A DNA stretch of 63,433 nucleotides, counting the filler, from Octopus bimaculoides (taxonomy: Eukaryota), in the NCBI RefSeq assembly GCF_001194135.2. It is 6 parts of 6 records of this genome, joined end to end, with 100 filler letters (N's around TTAATTAATTAA, not from the genome) between each part and the next. Parts side by side here need not be neighbours in the genome. Positions count along the whole stretch, not along the records: positions 62,012 to 63,433 come from NW_026303160.1; 5 more parts are not named here. One strand, 5' to 3'. How positions within the stretch are numbered: the first letter of the stretch is position 1; each line of letters begins with the position of its first letter. Below are positions 62,135 through 63,433 of this stretch, in pieces. The notes under the pieces are model-generated. The model did no database searches and was not told where the DNA came from. It was given only the letters and a program-made list of their open reading frames with translations. A program made the translations under genes and the position numbers.

Positions 62135-62405
62135 AAGAACTAAGAGTGGCCATTTGTTGAGGTCACAGCTCTGGCATTACAGATATGTAATTAGAATGTT
62201 ATAGGAAAGAATTACAAGACAGATTCTTCAAGTTGAGCCAACTGGTAGGAGGCGTAGTGGTAGACTAAGANNNNNNNNNNNNNNNNNNNNNNNNNNNCTC
62301 AGTTGGTCATACTTGGGAATCCAGCTGGGAAGTCTAATGATGGCTGCTTATGACAAGACCTTATGGAAGAGGTGCCTAAGAGCTCTATATCCACGACTAT
62401 CCTAG
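62135..62405 (+). mobile_element. Second RTE-type (Rex3/Expander-like) LINE 3' fragment
   Basis: RSQLWHY...PTGRRRSGRLR...LGIQL...DKTLWKRCLRALYPR resembles RSQLRW...PTGRRPRGRPR...LGI...W..LLRLLPPR. Confidence 0.6.
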
Positions 62406-63433
62406 AAACTGTCGGCAGAGGTGGATGGATGGAATATAAATATCCACTCTATTCAACACAGAGTTCTATATCAGATAATTCTTTCTAGGCATAAAGCCTA
62501 AAATTTTGGGGAACAGGACTAGTTAATTGCATCAACCCCAGTGCATAACTAGTACTTATGTTATCAATCCTAAAAGTATGGAAGGCAGAGTTGACCACAG
62601 CAGAATTTGAACTCAGAATGTACTAGCACTCTGTTGGTTATGATGACAAGGATTCCAGTTGATCCGATCAGCAGGACAGCCTCCTCATGAAATTAACAGG
62701 TAAGTGGCTGANNNNNNNNNNCTCCACAGACATGCATAACCTTAAAGTAGTTCTCAGGGAGATTCAACATGACACAGAGTGTAACTAGGCTGGCCCCTTT
62801 GAAATACATGTATTACTCATTTTTGCCAGCTGAGTAAACTGGAGCAATGNNNNNNNNNNATTTTTGCCAGCTGAGTAAACTGGAGCAATGTGAAATGAAG
62901 TGTCATGCTCAAGGACAAGACACGTCACCAGGAATTGAACTCTCGACCTTACAGTTGTGAGCTGACTACTCTAACCACTGAGCCATGTGCCTTCACTCAG
63001 AATGTAAAGCTGAAAGAAATGCCACAAAGCATTCTATCTGGTTAACAATTCAGCCAGCTTGCTGCATTAGTTCTATATTAGATAATGTTANNNNNNNNNN
63101 NNNNNNNNNNNNNNNNNNNNNNNNNNNNNNNNNNNNNNNNNNNNNNNNNNNNNNNNNNNNNNNNNNNNNNNNNNNNNNNNNNNNNNNNNNNNNNNNNNNN
63201 NNNNNNNNNNNNNNNNNNNNNNNNNNNNNNNNNNNNNNNNNNNNNNNNNNNNNNNNNNNNNNNNNNNNNNNNNNNNNNNNNNNNNNNNNNNNNNNNNNNN
63301 NNNNNNNAAATAGGTAGCACTACATGTTAGACTATGACATTTACTTACAACTGCCATGTGATGTCAAGACAAAGATACACTAACTCATATGCACATACAC
63401 ACACACCATCATCATCATCATCGTTTAACGTCT

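Noticed and set aside
62820-62890. Sequence duplicated on both sides of a short N run (62850-62859)
   Set aside because: Typical contig-overlap (negative gap) assembly artefact.
17009-63357. Long ORFs in the track containing X runs or YI/CV/HT/poly-amino-acid stretches
   Set aside because: Produced by N gaps and microsatellites; they carry no coding signal.
1-63433. CRISPR array, rRNA, prokaryotic operon or defence system
   Set aside because: This is eukaryotic intron-rich DNA; no repeat-spacer array or rRNA motifs were seen.

Overview
This is AT-rich, microsatellite-dense eukaryotic DNA. It is almost certainly from an octopus, judged from the recognisable octopod SINE/RTE repeat families, and comes from a gappy draft assembly. 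The window is not one contiguous locus. Five identical artificial spacers (44 N + TTAATTAATTAA + 44 N) join six separately assembled pieces. Piece 1 (1-29763) carries 18 minus-strand exons from the C-terminal part of UBR4/p600; I walked them by hand and they are phase-consistent wherever visible, with two partly hidden in N gaps. Piece 2 (29864-36072) holds a Tc1 transposase remnant, a Gypsy gag remnant and a single NMNAT exon. Piece 3 (36173-48743) holds three plus-strand exons of an ADAMTS2/3/14-like metalloprotease (prodomain, furin site, start of catalytic domain) and a Penelope-like remnant. Pieces 4-6 are mostly repeats (RTE LINE fragments, SINEs, MITEs, simple repeats) with a few orphan exon candidates. 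I found no CRISPR array, rRNA or genuine tRNA, and no convincing new multi-gene system. The best leads are candidate in-frame cassette microexons in UBR4, an NMNAT exon whose boundaries match vertebrate NMNAT2, decayed hammerhead-ribozyme motifs and long dsRNA-forming inverted repeats. Most long ORFs in the supplied track are artefacts of N runs or simple repeats. Repeat boundaries are approximate.
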